Source: Eledone cirrhosa (Eukaryota). From it: a stretch of 64,000 bases of DNA. The stretch lies in assembly GCA_964016885.1 (NCBI GenBank), contig OZ024746.1, positions 44,082,001-44,146,000 of the forward strand, in the 5' to 3' direction. Of the stretch, positions 25,707-37,122 are shown piece after piece (positions within the stretch are counted from its first letter, which is position 1; each line of letters begins with the position of its first letter). The notes below the pieces were generated by a model. That model searched no databases and had not been told where the DNA came from. It was given only the letters and a program-made list of their open reading frames with translations. Position numbers and translations under genes: made by a program.

Positions 25707-26005
25707 ATTGGCCTTGCTATCGAAAGGTTGTGAGTTCAATTCTTAGACGGGGTGATGTGTTATTTCACATTGCTCCAGTTTACTCAGCTGTAGAAATGAG
25801 ATGATAGCAACCGCGGCCCCTATCATTCCACTGCAAAGTGGTCGTGGAGGTGCCACGGCAAAAAAGCACCCTACACTCACTGTAAATGAGGTTGGTGTTA
25901 GGAAGGGCATCCAGCTGTAGAAATCAAGCCAGAATCAGTTCCCGTCCCACCCTTGCAAGCAGGGAAAAGTGGACGTAAAATGAAATGATGAAATGATGAT
26001 GATGA
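25707..26005 (+). mobile_element. CORE-SINE with RTE tail, 5'-truncated copy of the 8037-8380 family
   Basis: Near-identical body and tail. It lacks the first ~28 nt and a 22-nt CORE segment, and sits next to a (TA)n tract. Confidence 0.9.
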
Positions 26006-26879
26006 TATATGGGGGTGGGGTTGTATTGCTTAATAGGAAAAAATTTAAACTACGTTTTTTAAAAATATTTCATTCTATTCACAAAAAAATATGATTTCAG
26101 CATCAGATGATAAAGTATGAAAAGTTAAACAATTTGGAAGAAAATACTTGTTCAAGATACAGCAATATAATATTTGGAATGGATGTGGAAATTATAATGC
26201 TATACAAGAAAATTTAAAATATAATACTCCACCATGTCTTTGTTACTGCTAGTGAAATACTAGATATATCTGATTCTAACAAACAAATAACATTGCTAGC
26301 AAATCAATTGTTATGGGCCACTGCCAGTGTCACAAATGTCAATGAACATAAATGCACACATATATTCTATATATATTATATAGAAATGTGAAAACTGCTT
26401 CATTCATATGAAATCATCATTTCTATTACATTCCTGGTGATTTCATATGAATGCCTATACTTTATCAATATGAACATATCAAGTACCTTTTTTAACTCTG
26501 GTTATTTTCCAATCACCATTGGGAATCCATCCTTAATTGGTAGGATACAGAAAACATTGAGTGTTTTTTCCTGATTACACTATAGTTTTGCTGATTTGAA
26601 TGACACAATCACAGCCCCACCTATCAGTTAGGAAACACCCTTGACTGAATACATGTGTTTTTCTCCCCCCATAATGTTCTTGTTCTTTTGTCTTCTTACT
26701 ATTTCATCTTTTATTTCTTATTTTATCTTCTGATGAAGGACTAGTGTAGGAAATGTTAAGGCAATTTTCCTTCTATATCAAGCATTAAACTAATATGTCT
26801 TCATTGTATTGTATATTTGGTTTTAGTATTTGTGTTTAATTTTGCATGCACACACACACACATATAAACACACATACAC

Positions 26880-27040
26880 TCACACTTCAGCAATCCCCAC
26901 TTCCGAAATTTAACTCAAAGGACATTGAAGAAACCAAGGCTATAGACAAAAACATATGTCCAAGGTGGAAATGCATTGAAAATGAACGGAAAACACTATG
27001 GTTGTGAAACAAAGTCTTTAACTACCTAGCCATGCCTGTA
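26880..27040 (-). mobile_element. Old tRNA-derived SINE (family also at 34880-35025 -, 38938-39085 +, 61020-61180 +)
   Basis: Decayed shared body ...gtgtcttctactatagcc.....gccttgtgagtgga...gaaactg with A/B-box-like remnants. Confidence 0.6.
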
Positions 27041-27044
27041 CATA

Positions 27045-27936
27045 TGAGGGTAATCCAAAAAGTTTCCGGACTGGCTCTTTATTTAAAAAAGGTCTTTATT
27101 TACATAATTTTAAACACCATCTCCTTCAAAATAGTCCCCTTGTGCAGCAGTGCATCAATCCCAGTATTTTTGCCACTTCTGGAAATCAAACTTGAAATCA
27201 TCTTTTGTAAGCTTGTCAAGAACTTTCTACAATTCGTGTTTGATCTCAGCATCAGTGTTAAAACTAACATTTGAGATTGATTTTCATGTTCAGGAAATGG
27301 AAGTCCACAGGAACTAAATCTGGCAAGTAGGGCGGGTGTGAAAGTTGATGGCATGCTTTGGAAGAAACTCACGGATGATGAGTGCTTGGTTACAGGGTAC
27401 ATTATCGTTGTGGAGAATCCAGATCTTTGCAGGCCACAGATCTGGTCGCTTTTGCCAAATGTTTTCCCTCAAATGCCTCAGAACTTTGCAGTAAAACTGT
27501 CTTGACGGTCTGGCCCTGGGGAATGGAATTCTCGATCAGCTATGGCGCGGATGTCAAAAAAGATTATGAGCATTCTCTTGATTGAAGTGCAGCTCTGTCT
27601 TCTTTTCTTCAGTCATGGAGGTAATAGATTCTTCCATTGTGTTGACTGCTGTTTTGTCTCTGAAGCATGTTCAATGTCTCTGTAGCCAATTTTCCAAATT
27701 GAATGCAAACTTTCATGTTGACTTTGTCCCAACTTGATGTTCATGATGTAATCACAGACTTGCACATGGATGTGATAGGAAAAACACCAATTTAACAACT
27801 CATGATATAAACACAACTATGTCACTTGGTACACTGACTTATGACAGTTACAGCTAACTATCACTGCACGTGCAGCCATGTGCTGCCATCTGTTGGCACA
27901 CAACAGAGAATCCCCAAACCTTTTGATACCACCTCA
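27045..27936 (-). mobile_element. Internally deleted mariner (DD34D-type) with both TIRs
   Basis: TA on both flanks. TIRs are tgagggtaatccaaaaagtttccggact and (reverse complement) tgaggtggtatcaaaaggtttggggatt. Minus-strand remnants: ETKQQSTQWK, MLIIFFDIR, RPDLW..WILHNDN, KGTILKE/GDYFEG. Confidence 0.9.
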
Positions 27937-28687
27937 TATTTATTTACACACTTTATATTAATATATTGATATCAAATAAATAAAATAAAATGAAATAAGG
28001 AGGCAAAATGTTTATAGTACTACTAACAAATTAAGTTAACTAACATTTTTCAAGATCAATGTAATTTCAAAATAAAATCTTAAACTTAAAGGATATTTGT
28101 CATTCTTTCATTTTAATAGACATTATGTATCACTGAATTCTGTCAATTGTTACAATAATTGAGCAATCACAAGAACAAATTAAAAATATATATGTATATG
28201 TAAATATATGTAAATATAAATATATATATATATGTAAATTCTGAATGACTTATTAGTGAAAGAAATAATAATACCACAATATGCATAAAGAAAGAAAATA
28301 TTTCAGGATGTGTGAGACACCACTTTATTTTCTGCATATCTGCAGGAATTTTGTGTGTACACATATATATATAAATTCAGAATGATTTATTTGTAAAAGT
28401 AAATATTTAAAATTAAATTAGGCTTCATTAAAGAAAATATGAAAGAAAATTAATGTAATTGATTTAAATGAATATTTTGAATGAGTGTTAAATGTAATTA
28501 TTGATTTAAATAAATGTAAAATGAAATTAAGTTGAATAATAATGTCTAATATAGTTCATTAAATGAATGAACACAGTTGCTAGGGATTACCAAAATTCAG
28601 CCTACATATAATGAAATTGTAAAAATAAAGTGTATTTGATATTTTTAAATGTAGGTATTTTACATCAGTATTATGTGAGGCAATATT

Positions 28688-28890
28688 AGCAGTATCAGTA
28701 GAGTATCGGACATGCTTTGCAGCATGGAGTTACGTCTCTTTATGTTCTGAGTTCAAATCCTGCATTGGTTAGCATTGCTTTTCATCCCAGCAGGGTCGAT
28801 AAAATAAAGTACCAGTAATGCATTTGGGTTGATTTAATCAACTTTCCCATCTCCCAAAATAGCTGGCCTTGTGCCAAAAGTAGAAACCAT
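28688..28890 (+). mobile_element. tRNA-derived SINE (ctttcatcc...gggtcgataaaataaagtacc family) with 19-bp TSD
   Basis: B box gagttcaaatcc. Flanked by tattatgtgagg(c/t)aatatt at 28669-28687 and 28891-28909. Confidence 0.85.
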
Positions 28891-30269
28891 TATTATGTGA
28901 GGTAATATTTGTAGCTTTCTATCTTTAACCTAGTTTAAAAATTGATAGAAACAATCTTATAATACCAGTTTGTATCAGTGTGGCTGAGTCTTTAGAATAG
29001 TTACAATAAATGACTGCATTTTGTATGAGGGCACTAAAATCATTAGTGTAGGGGAAGACATCTAATCATAGAATAGAGCATGGAAAAGCAAACAATGAAA
29101 ACAATAAGGATTATTATTTTTATTATGTAAAAATGTGTGCAAAGGATATTTGCTTGATATTTATTATTTATTTCATATTATAATTCCAGCAGGCCAACAA
29201 CAGATTTACTGGATTTCTAATAGTGAGAGTGACCAGTGAGAATCTGGAATTCAATGCAGAACAAATGTCTCAAGAAACCTCATTTGTAAACCACCATTTC
29301 TCTTTGGTTTTCCCACAGATGTTTATACACTTTGTTAATATTTATCAGCAAGAAATTCACACAGAAATTCCACAGTTTCCATGCTTCATATTCTACTATA
29401 AAGTATTAGTTAATTCAGATTGTTGCAGAAGATACTTGCTTAAAATAAAATGCAATTTTTTAACCATGGAAATATGTCTGCATGACTCCATTATATTACT
29501 GGTGCTTATTTCTTTAAGATGGAGGAAATCTCAAGTTGTATCTAGCAGTACTTCAACACAACTAAAACATGATAAACATTCTCCTAAAATATTTCAATAC
29601 TGTGTTAACTACACTTCCATGCTTATTTGCTCTCAGAAGGGTTGTTTGTTTAAAGAGAAAGTAATAAAATAGTTATATTAAACAATAGTAGGAATACTTG
29701 AGATAAATGAATTATTGAAAACGTTCCTCCTAAAGAGAAATATCTAAAATATGATTAATAATTATTAATGTTTGACTGGTGTACATTCTTATGAATGTAT
29801 CCGAAATACTTGCTTCACAAATTTGAAATGGATTTTGCTATATTACAATGGATACATACTTGTATTCAGATTTAAAATAATGTTATGTCAAGTGGAAATA
29901 TAAATAGAAGTATATTTACATTCAAAGGAAAGAGATAGAGAGAATAACTGCAAGGCTGATAATTATATTTGAATTGTCATTATGGGGATTTGACTAACTA
30001 AAGCAGGCTTGAATTATATATCTAATAGTTATTAACATTTTAATTAGAATTTGCATACCCCCCGCCTAAAATAAACATTTTACTTTTACTTAGTTGAAAA
30101 CCTTTCAAGATGGAAAGTCATTATTTAGAGTTTGTTTTTAAACTTTTTCAATAATTTAATCAATTGAGGAGGGACATGTCCACAACTTTTGTAGTCACAG
30201 TGTGATAATAAAAATGCAGTTGTTAATCAGTTTTAACATATGTAGGTTGATATCAGCAGGAAAAGCATG

Positions 30270-30990
30270 TAAAAGAAGGAATTTCAGAGGATCATAATTC
30301 TAGGAAGAACGATTGAGAACTTTTTCAGTTCAATCTCTGTGGGTAAATAAATAGTAGGAAAAAGATGGAGGGGTAAGGCAACCAGTGATTGGACCAACCT
30401 CCATTGTAGTAGCAATAAAAAGAGGTAAAGAGAAAGCTTAGATTGCTCTGTGTCAATGATTAGCAAAGTGAAACCAGACAAATTAGTTGAATGGCCTTCT
30501 TTTGAATGTTGTGTAAAATGTTTGGGTATATTTCTGCAGGGCATATCTAGGTATAGGAGGCATATTGTAGTAGGTCATACTTCAACTTTGTAGAGGGTCA
30601 GCAACGGATGACTGGAATTGTTTTTCTCTCCCTGTTTGAGATAGTTTCACAAATGTGTAAAGTTGTCATGTGAGATTAAAAGATATTACAAGGCCTCATA
30701 TTTGTAGCAAGTTTTGAAGCTTTAGTTGTGTGGTTCTTCTTCCAACTGCTTCATTGATATATGTAACAATTGGTTGAATGCTTTGTTAATAACAAAATTG
30801 ATAGAGTGCCTGTGTATGGTAAAGAAGGGCATGTCTCTGGAAGTTCCTGCTATAAAATCCATACCGGAAGGAAAGAGATTCAACAGTTCTTGGAAAGGCA
30901 TGTGATAGGTTCGTAGTTGGTAAGGTTAAAGTTATTTCATCCATAGTTTGGGATAGATTCTTACAGAGAAAGAATGAGGAGTTTTTCAAG
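30270..30990 (-). mobile_element. Possible Penelope-like element linker/GIY-YIG remnant
   Basis: The reverse strand has weak FKTCYKY (CKTC), HDNFT, SVADPL and 'KHFTQH' motifs in PLE order. Heavily decayed. Confidence 0.35.
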
Positions 30991-32130
30991 AATAAGAAGA
31001 TAGCTTTGCAGTTAACTATTTGGGGATAATAAAATGTACACTCCCAATACTAGTAATCCTGTTGGATTGTTGCTGTTATTGTTTAGTCCTAGTTCAATCC
31101 AGATTGGTGAAACCTATGATGAAGGTATTCCAGCATAAGTATGTGTCCTTTATTTGTTTAGCAAAATGCAGGATATTTTCATAGGTGTGATCTGAAAAAT
31201 ACTTGGCTGCTATTTCTAGGAGGTACGAAAAGTGTATAAGCAGCTCTCTAATTGATTTGTTTGGCTGAATCAGTTAATAAAAATAAAAAAAATAAAAATA
31301 ATAATAATGAACATTTTTAGAAAATCATGAAGTTATTTTAAATTCAATTCTAGAGGGAAATATGTTTGGATACCAGTTCTCCAAAAAATATCTTAAACAT
31401 ATTGGAAGCAGAATCCCAAACCTTAATTTATAGGATATGTATCCTAAATTTGTAATAAGTCATTGATCAGCTGTTATGTCTTTGCAGATAATTTAATAAC
31501 AATGGTTATTTTCTCTTTAGTATTTCTCTAGATCTTGCATTCTTTGAAATAAAATTAGACATAAAACAAACATTAAAAACTACCTGTCCTTCCAACTAAG
31601 TGAACATATGTGTCGATGAAAACTATTGCAGTTAACCATAAATTGAACATGACATTTAATGTAGAGCAAGCAGTAATAGCAGAAAATCTGAACCCATATA
31701 AAATTTGGAAAATGGAAAATATATGATTTCCAAAACAAACACTGCCCCTGGAAAAATATTTGAATACTCAAGCAAGTACAAGATACCCAGAAAAATAGTA
31801 TTTCAATAAAAAGTATATTAGAATGCTCTTTAAAATAAACTAATGAATAAATGTGTTTAATATTTTGGTAAGGTTTATACAGTGTTTAAAATTTATTAAC
31901 ACCTGTAAAGTCTGACAATATAAAAAGAAATGTGTTAAGATATCATATTAAGACAAGTATAGTGACTAGAATTGTCTAGATTTCTTTCATATTCAACTAA
32001 AATTTAAAACTGATAGCTATATCAGTTGGGGGTTGCAGCAATAAGAACTCAATACTGCAAATAAATGAAATACCCATAAAATTTATACTTCTGTCACAAC
32101 ATATCGAATTGGACAATACTATCCAATAAT

Positions 32131-32316
32131 TGTTTCTACTTTAGGCACAAGGCCAGCAATTACCCAGTGCATTACTGGTACTTTATTTTATCGACCCCGT
32201 AAGGATGAAAGGCAAAGTCAACCTCGGCGGGATTTGAACTCAGATCGTAAAGGGACGTAACTATGCTGGAAAGCATGGTGTCTGACCCTCTACCGATACT
32301 GCCAATCCACCGCCCT
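32131..32316 (-). mobile_element. Young tRNA-derived SINE, same family as 28688, with perfect 16-bp TSD
   Basis: aatactatccaataat at 32115-32130 and 32317-32332. CpGs are retained. Near-identical to 55097-55281. Confidence 0.92.
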
Positions 32317-33588
32317 AATACTATCCAATAATACCAACTTACAACTAAGTGGACTCCATTTTTTAAACAAATTTGTCTATTTTTCTTGGGTTGTTAAAAC
32401 AAACACATGAATAATATATGGGAGGTCAATCAATTGACTAAAACATTTTCTTTTAGAAACTATCCTTATTACAATTACTACTACAGTTATGATTTTTTAA
32501 TATTACATACCCAATGTTTAATAGGTTCATAAGCTTACATTTACTGAAATTTCAAATTACTGTTGAAAAACAAAGAAACAATGATACAGAAGACATATTT
32601 CATGTTGTTCAATTCAGCCATTCATTGACTCTGCTGTAATTGACCTATTATATTGATTATTTACAAAGAATTTTAAAATTTATACTTAAAACAAGTAAAC
32701 TTTTTCTAAATGATTCATATCATACACAAGAAAGTTAGAAGCATTTGTCATTAAAAATATTCATCTTAGAAATAAACAATGTATAATAAATGAAAAAAAA
32801 TAACCAATAAATTTTGTCGGTAATTTATTCTCTGAATATTTGTCAAATAAAGTGTTTTTATATGTCTTGTCAGAAAAATAAATAGTAAAGTTGGTTTACT
32901 AAAAGAGTTATGATACAACACAAAATTTAGATATAATTTCAGAGTTTGTTTTCTAGAATTTATTTTCTTCAGGTTCATAAAACATATCTCTTAATTTTTT
33001 TCTTTTTTCAGATACTCAAAACAGTTTAACTTGGTGCTCTTTGCAAGATGCAAGGCATTTTCAAATCAAAGAGACCTTTAACTAAGGGATAAGTAAATCT
33101 TCATCTCACGAGATCAACATATAAAAGACTAATTATCCATAATCACATTTCGCGATTATCATAACTAAGCTGAAACTGAACACTTGTAATATCAGTTAAT
33201 ATATTAAACTAACATTTCTTTTGGTAATAAACAAAAGGGTTTAACAATTAATGATGTATTTATATAACTAAACCTCACTTCTTCTAACTGTTATTCTGAA
33301 GAAAAATTGGTAATTCAATTTGAAATGATAATTGATTCTATATTCTACAAATTTTCAACAATATGTTTCAGTAAAGGAGACCAGATTCATCCATTACCTT
33401 TAGTGGAGTCTAATACTCCTGTAAGAAAGAGAGGAATAAACCATGACCTGTGGATTAAACTCTGACAAATTGCTCTCCATGAAGGGCATTCATGAGTCAG
33501 ATGCTACTGAGTAACAGATTAAGTCTGTTATCCCTAAACAGGTATAATGTATCCAATGGGCTTCTACATAATATACATTCACTTCCAA

Positions 33589-33867
33589 AGTCTGTTTTAA
33601 GCCATTTAAGGCTCGTTAGGCCAGTGCGTATCCTGGTTTCATGGTGTGAAGTGACAGAGTACAAGACTTCCCCCTGGACAGGACACTAGTCCAATGCAGG
33701 GTTAAACCCCTAGCTATTGCTGGAACTCATTTTCAGTGGAGTATACTGGAGCAATATGGAATGAAGTGTTTTGCTCAAGAACACAACACAAAACTCAGCC
33801 CAGGAATCAAACCCATGACATTATGATTATAAGTCCAACACCCTTACCACTAGACCATGCACCTCCA
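33589..33867 (-). mobile_element. tRNA-derived CORE-SINE with a different (V-domain-like) 3' body
   Basis: The reverse strand begins TGGAGGTGCATGGTCTAGTGGTAAG, has CTTGAGCAAAACACTT, then cctgcattggactagtgtcctgtccagggg. Imperfect ~16-bp TSD at(a/c)catt(c/t)acttccaa. Confidence 0.8.
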
Positions 33868-34589
33868 CATCCATTTACTTCCAAGAATTAAATCACTTGA
33901 CACAAGGTTACACATGCCCAGAGAGAATAGGAAATATTATCAATTTGAAATTTCAGATGAAAGCTGAAACCACATAATTATAAAAGAACAATAATCAAAT
34001 GGCTGTGCTTGCGCCTCAGTATATGAAAAGCTATAAAACAATAACAGTCTAGATGTAATAAATCTATGTTATTATCAACAGCCCTATGGCTCCAACTCCA
34101 TGCACATTAATATAGAAATTAGATGATAAACATAATCTTTAATATAAGTTATCATTTTCATTACTATCCTCATTTTTACAACTAGTCAGCTTTGGAATAT
34201 ATTGCTTCTATATGACACAAATATCAGTTTGTTTTAAATGATGTCCATATGAACACACACATACATACACAAATACACACATACATACCTATATTGTTTT
34301 ACATCATTTTTACAGGGTCAGATGTGTCCAGACTAGTCAGAGAATCATAATTTGCTGGATTGCTTTTTTACTGTCAGCCACTTTACAGGCAATAAATATA
34401 TATATATATCAACATCGGGCAATAGTATATGGGACTGGGATTGACCAGCACTTCCACCATAGATCTAGGGGCCATATAGGATCTGGCCGGTGACAAAACA
34501 ACATTAACACATTCGGCCATCCCCTGTATCATGGAATGTGAACATTTTTCAAGGTAGTTTTAAAATTCTTTTGAAAAAGTTTTAATATT

Positions 34590-34827
34590 TTCAAGTTTTT
34601 TTTTTAGGTTTTTATGCCATCTGAAGAGCTAATGTAGTCCTTAGTGAAATATGTAACACAGATATTTAAATAAACTTAAATCAACTGCTTTTGACCTTCA
34701 ATCTTTTTAATACTATATAATGCTCCAGCTTGTACCATTTACACAGGTCGTTAGGCACTTCATTTTATCTGCTGCACAGCCAATTGACCATAATGTTGTC
34801 TGCACTCCCTGGTTGGTTAGCCCATAT
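34590..34827 (+). mobile_element. Short non-coding repeat carrying a minimal type I hammerhead-ribozyme core (PLE pLTR/retrozyme-like); may extend 5' to ~34410
   Basis: 34621-34655 reads CTGAAGA-GCTAA-tgtagtcc-TTAGT-GAAA-tat-GTA. The segment is homologous over ~240 bp to the reverse complement of 52228-52470. Confidence 0.7.
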
Positions 34828-36229
34828 GATAATAACAATTATAAATATAAATATATTAGTATAGTGTTCCATTAAAGAATGGAAGGTAACTACAATCATA
34901 GTCAGGTATACAATACACCAAGTAGAATACACTCTCCTAAAGTGTTGCATGCTGCCCAATAGAATCAAAACCAAAAGAATGTGGTTACAATTTGAAATTC
35001 TTAACTACCCTGGCATGCTTGCATATATGCAGATATTACAATAAATGTCATGTTTGTTGTGTTTTTAAGATACAAATCCCTTTTTCAAGCTACCTGCTAT
35101 TGATGAAGTTTTATTATTGAAAATCTTCTGAATAAACATCATATCTATTAGATATGTTAGACTGCAACAACCTAAATTTCTCAAATTTTCTCATTTTTCC
35201 TTACTAATTTCCTTTTAAAACTACTTGATAAATGTTCAAAATTTGAAAATACATTGTAATATATTTTCAAATAAATGAAAGTTGACAATAAAACAACAAC
35301 ATTCATTGGTTTCTCTGGTAAAATAATTGATATAAAAATGTCAAGTATTATTCCATCCCAAGAGAAAACTAATTTAATACATGTAGTAGAACTTATTTGC
35401 AATTAATAACGTATCTAGTGACTAATTCTATTACTACTCAAAATTTCCTTACGTCTGTGTTTTTGATCAGGTGACAATTTATTCCTGCAGGAGATGCATC
35501 ACACTAAAATCTAGTGGCTTGTGAAAATAGGATATTTCCTAATTTTTTTCAGGAATACCAATGTATGTCAGTTTCAGCTGAATGGCAAATTATCTCTTAA
35601 TTCTACAGAAGTAGATCAATATTAGCTGAGTAGAAAAAATTCTTTTTATATTACCATTTAAGGCCTACCCTCTATTTGCTACAAATTGTATAAATATGGT
35701 ATCTCTATCAAACACTAGTCCAAGAATAACTAACCAGATAAAATACTATCTGGATATTAATGACCATCCACTTCTACATGAATTACAATAAGCTCCTTCT
35801 CCACTTTTAGGAGTCCATAAACTCCAAACAATCCCATCAGTGTACCATAAAGACCTTTCTACTACAACAAAATAACACCTTTTAGTACAATTATAAAGGG
35901 ATGTGAGCAATTGGGAAAACAATCCAATTAAAAGAGCAGTTACTGAATAAAATAATGCATAATGGATATATGGATTTTTTGAGCTTGAGCAAAAGCAACT
36001 TGTCTAAGAGAGCAGTAACTGAATACATTTTGACAGTGTAGGAAATATACTTTAGTTCTGACAGACAACTTCTCTGGTGCTGGCGGCACAATAAGATGCA
36101 CCCAGTTCATTCTGTCAAGTGGTTGGTAAGGGAAAAGGCTCCCAGTCAATAAAACTATTCCAAAATCATTAGTTATAAATATAAGGAAAAATCTTAAATA
36201 CAGATGCTGAACTAACATTTTGCATATAT

Positions 36230-36800
36230 TTAGTGTTGTACATGGAAGTGAGGTGGTCAAGTGGAAATTTCCTCCTATGTGTGCGAACTTCCTGCCGAGT
36301 GTAAGAACCATTGGAGTGTCATTAATCAACTGCACCATCATTTTGAAATACTAAAGCAGAGGTGGATAGATATGTACTAAGTATCAGAAAAAAAGATAGA
36401 AGGGATTCTGTCAACCTTCCCATGAGCAAGTAGAAATGAATAGATAATGCAATTGAGGTTGTTAGTGTATGTGACAGACTAATTAGACTTAGATTAATCA
36501 TAGGCAACATGAATACAACAATAGTCTTTGTATATACACCATCATCAGGACTGACAGATAAATGAAAATACTTTTATTTGTGGTCTTCTAGATTTTTTTA
36601 ATAATAAATGACAGTAACCTATTTGCAATGGCTGGGAAATGTAGTAAACATGTTAAGCAACATGGCGGCTACACTAAGATATGAAAACAGATCAAGGTCT
36701 TGGAGGTCTATGATGCACATTATCAAGCAATTTGCTACAATAACTTTAAGAACCCAGTCAGCTACCTAATCATCTACTGATATAACAAACACACAAAGCC
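36230..36800 (+). mobile_element. RTE LINE APE endonuclease remnant
   Basis: Translates to CTWK/MEVRW, IDNAIEVVSVCDRLIRLRLIIG..IVFVYTPSSGLTD and NNFKNPVSYLIIY. Confidence 0.7.
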
Positions 36801-36907
36801 AGAAATCTTCATATTCACCTTCATTTTTACATGCTTGAAAATATGACTATTTTCTTTAAACAAAGTACAACACAAAATGGACAGTGACTAATGACATAGT
36901 GACAAAT

Positions 36908-37122
36908 TGGTGGATTGGGTGTATCAGTAGAGCATCAGACAATATGCCCTGTCGCATATAGTTATAGCCCTTTGCATTCTGAATGAAATCCTGTTGAGGT
37001 TAACTTTGCTTTTCATCATAACAGGGTCAATAAAATAAAACACCAGTAACACACTGGGATTGAGTTAATTGGCTTTCCCCTCCCCTTCAAATTTCTGGCT
37101 TTGTGCCAAATGTAGAAACAAT
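36908..37122 (+). mobile_element. tRNA-derived SINE, same family as 28688/32131
   Basis: Shares aactttgcttttcatc...gggtcaataaaataaaacaccag...ttgtgccaaatgtagaaacaatt. Imperfect TSD ata(g/t)tgacaaat. Confidence 0.8.

Noticed and set aside
29223-29672. 149-aa ORF
   Set aside because: It has a non-ATG start, no recognisable domain and a composition typical of AT-rich chance ORFs.
33012-33091. Strong acceptor (T-tract cag)
   Set aside because: All three frames stop within about 75 nt and the donor is weak. Unsupported without RNA data.
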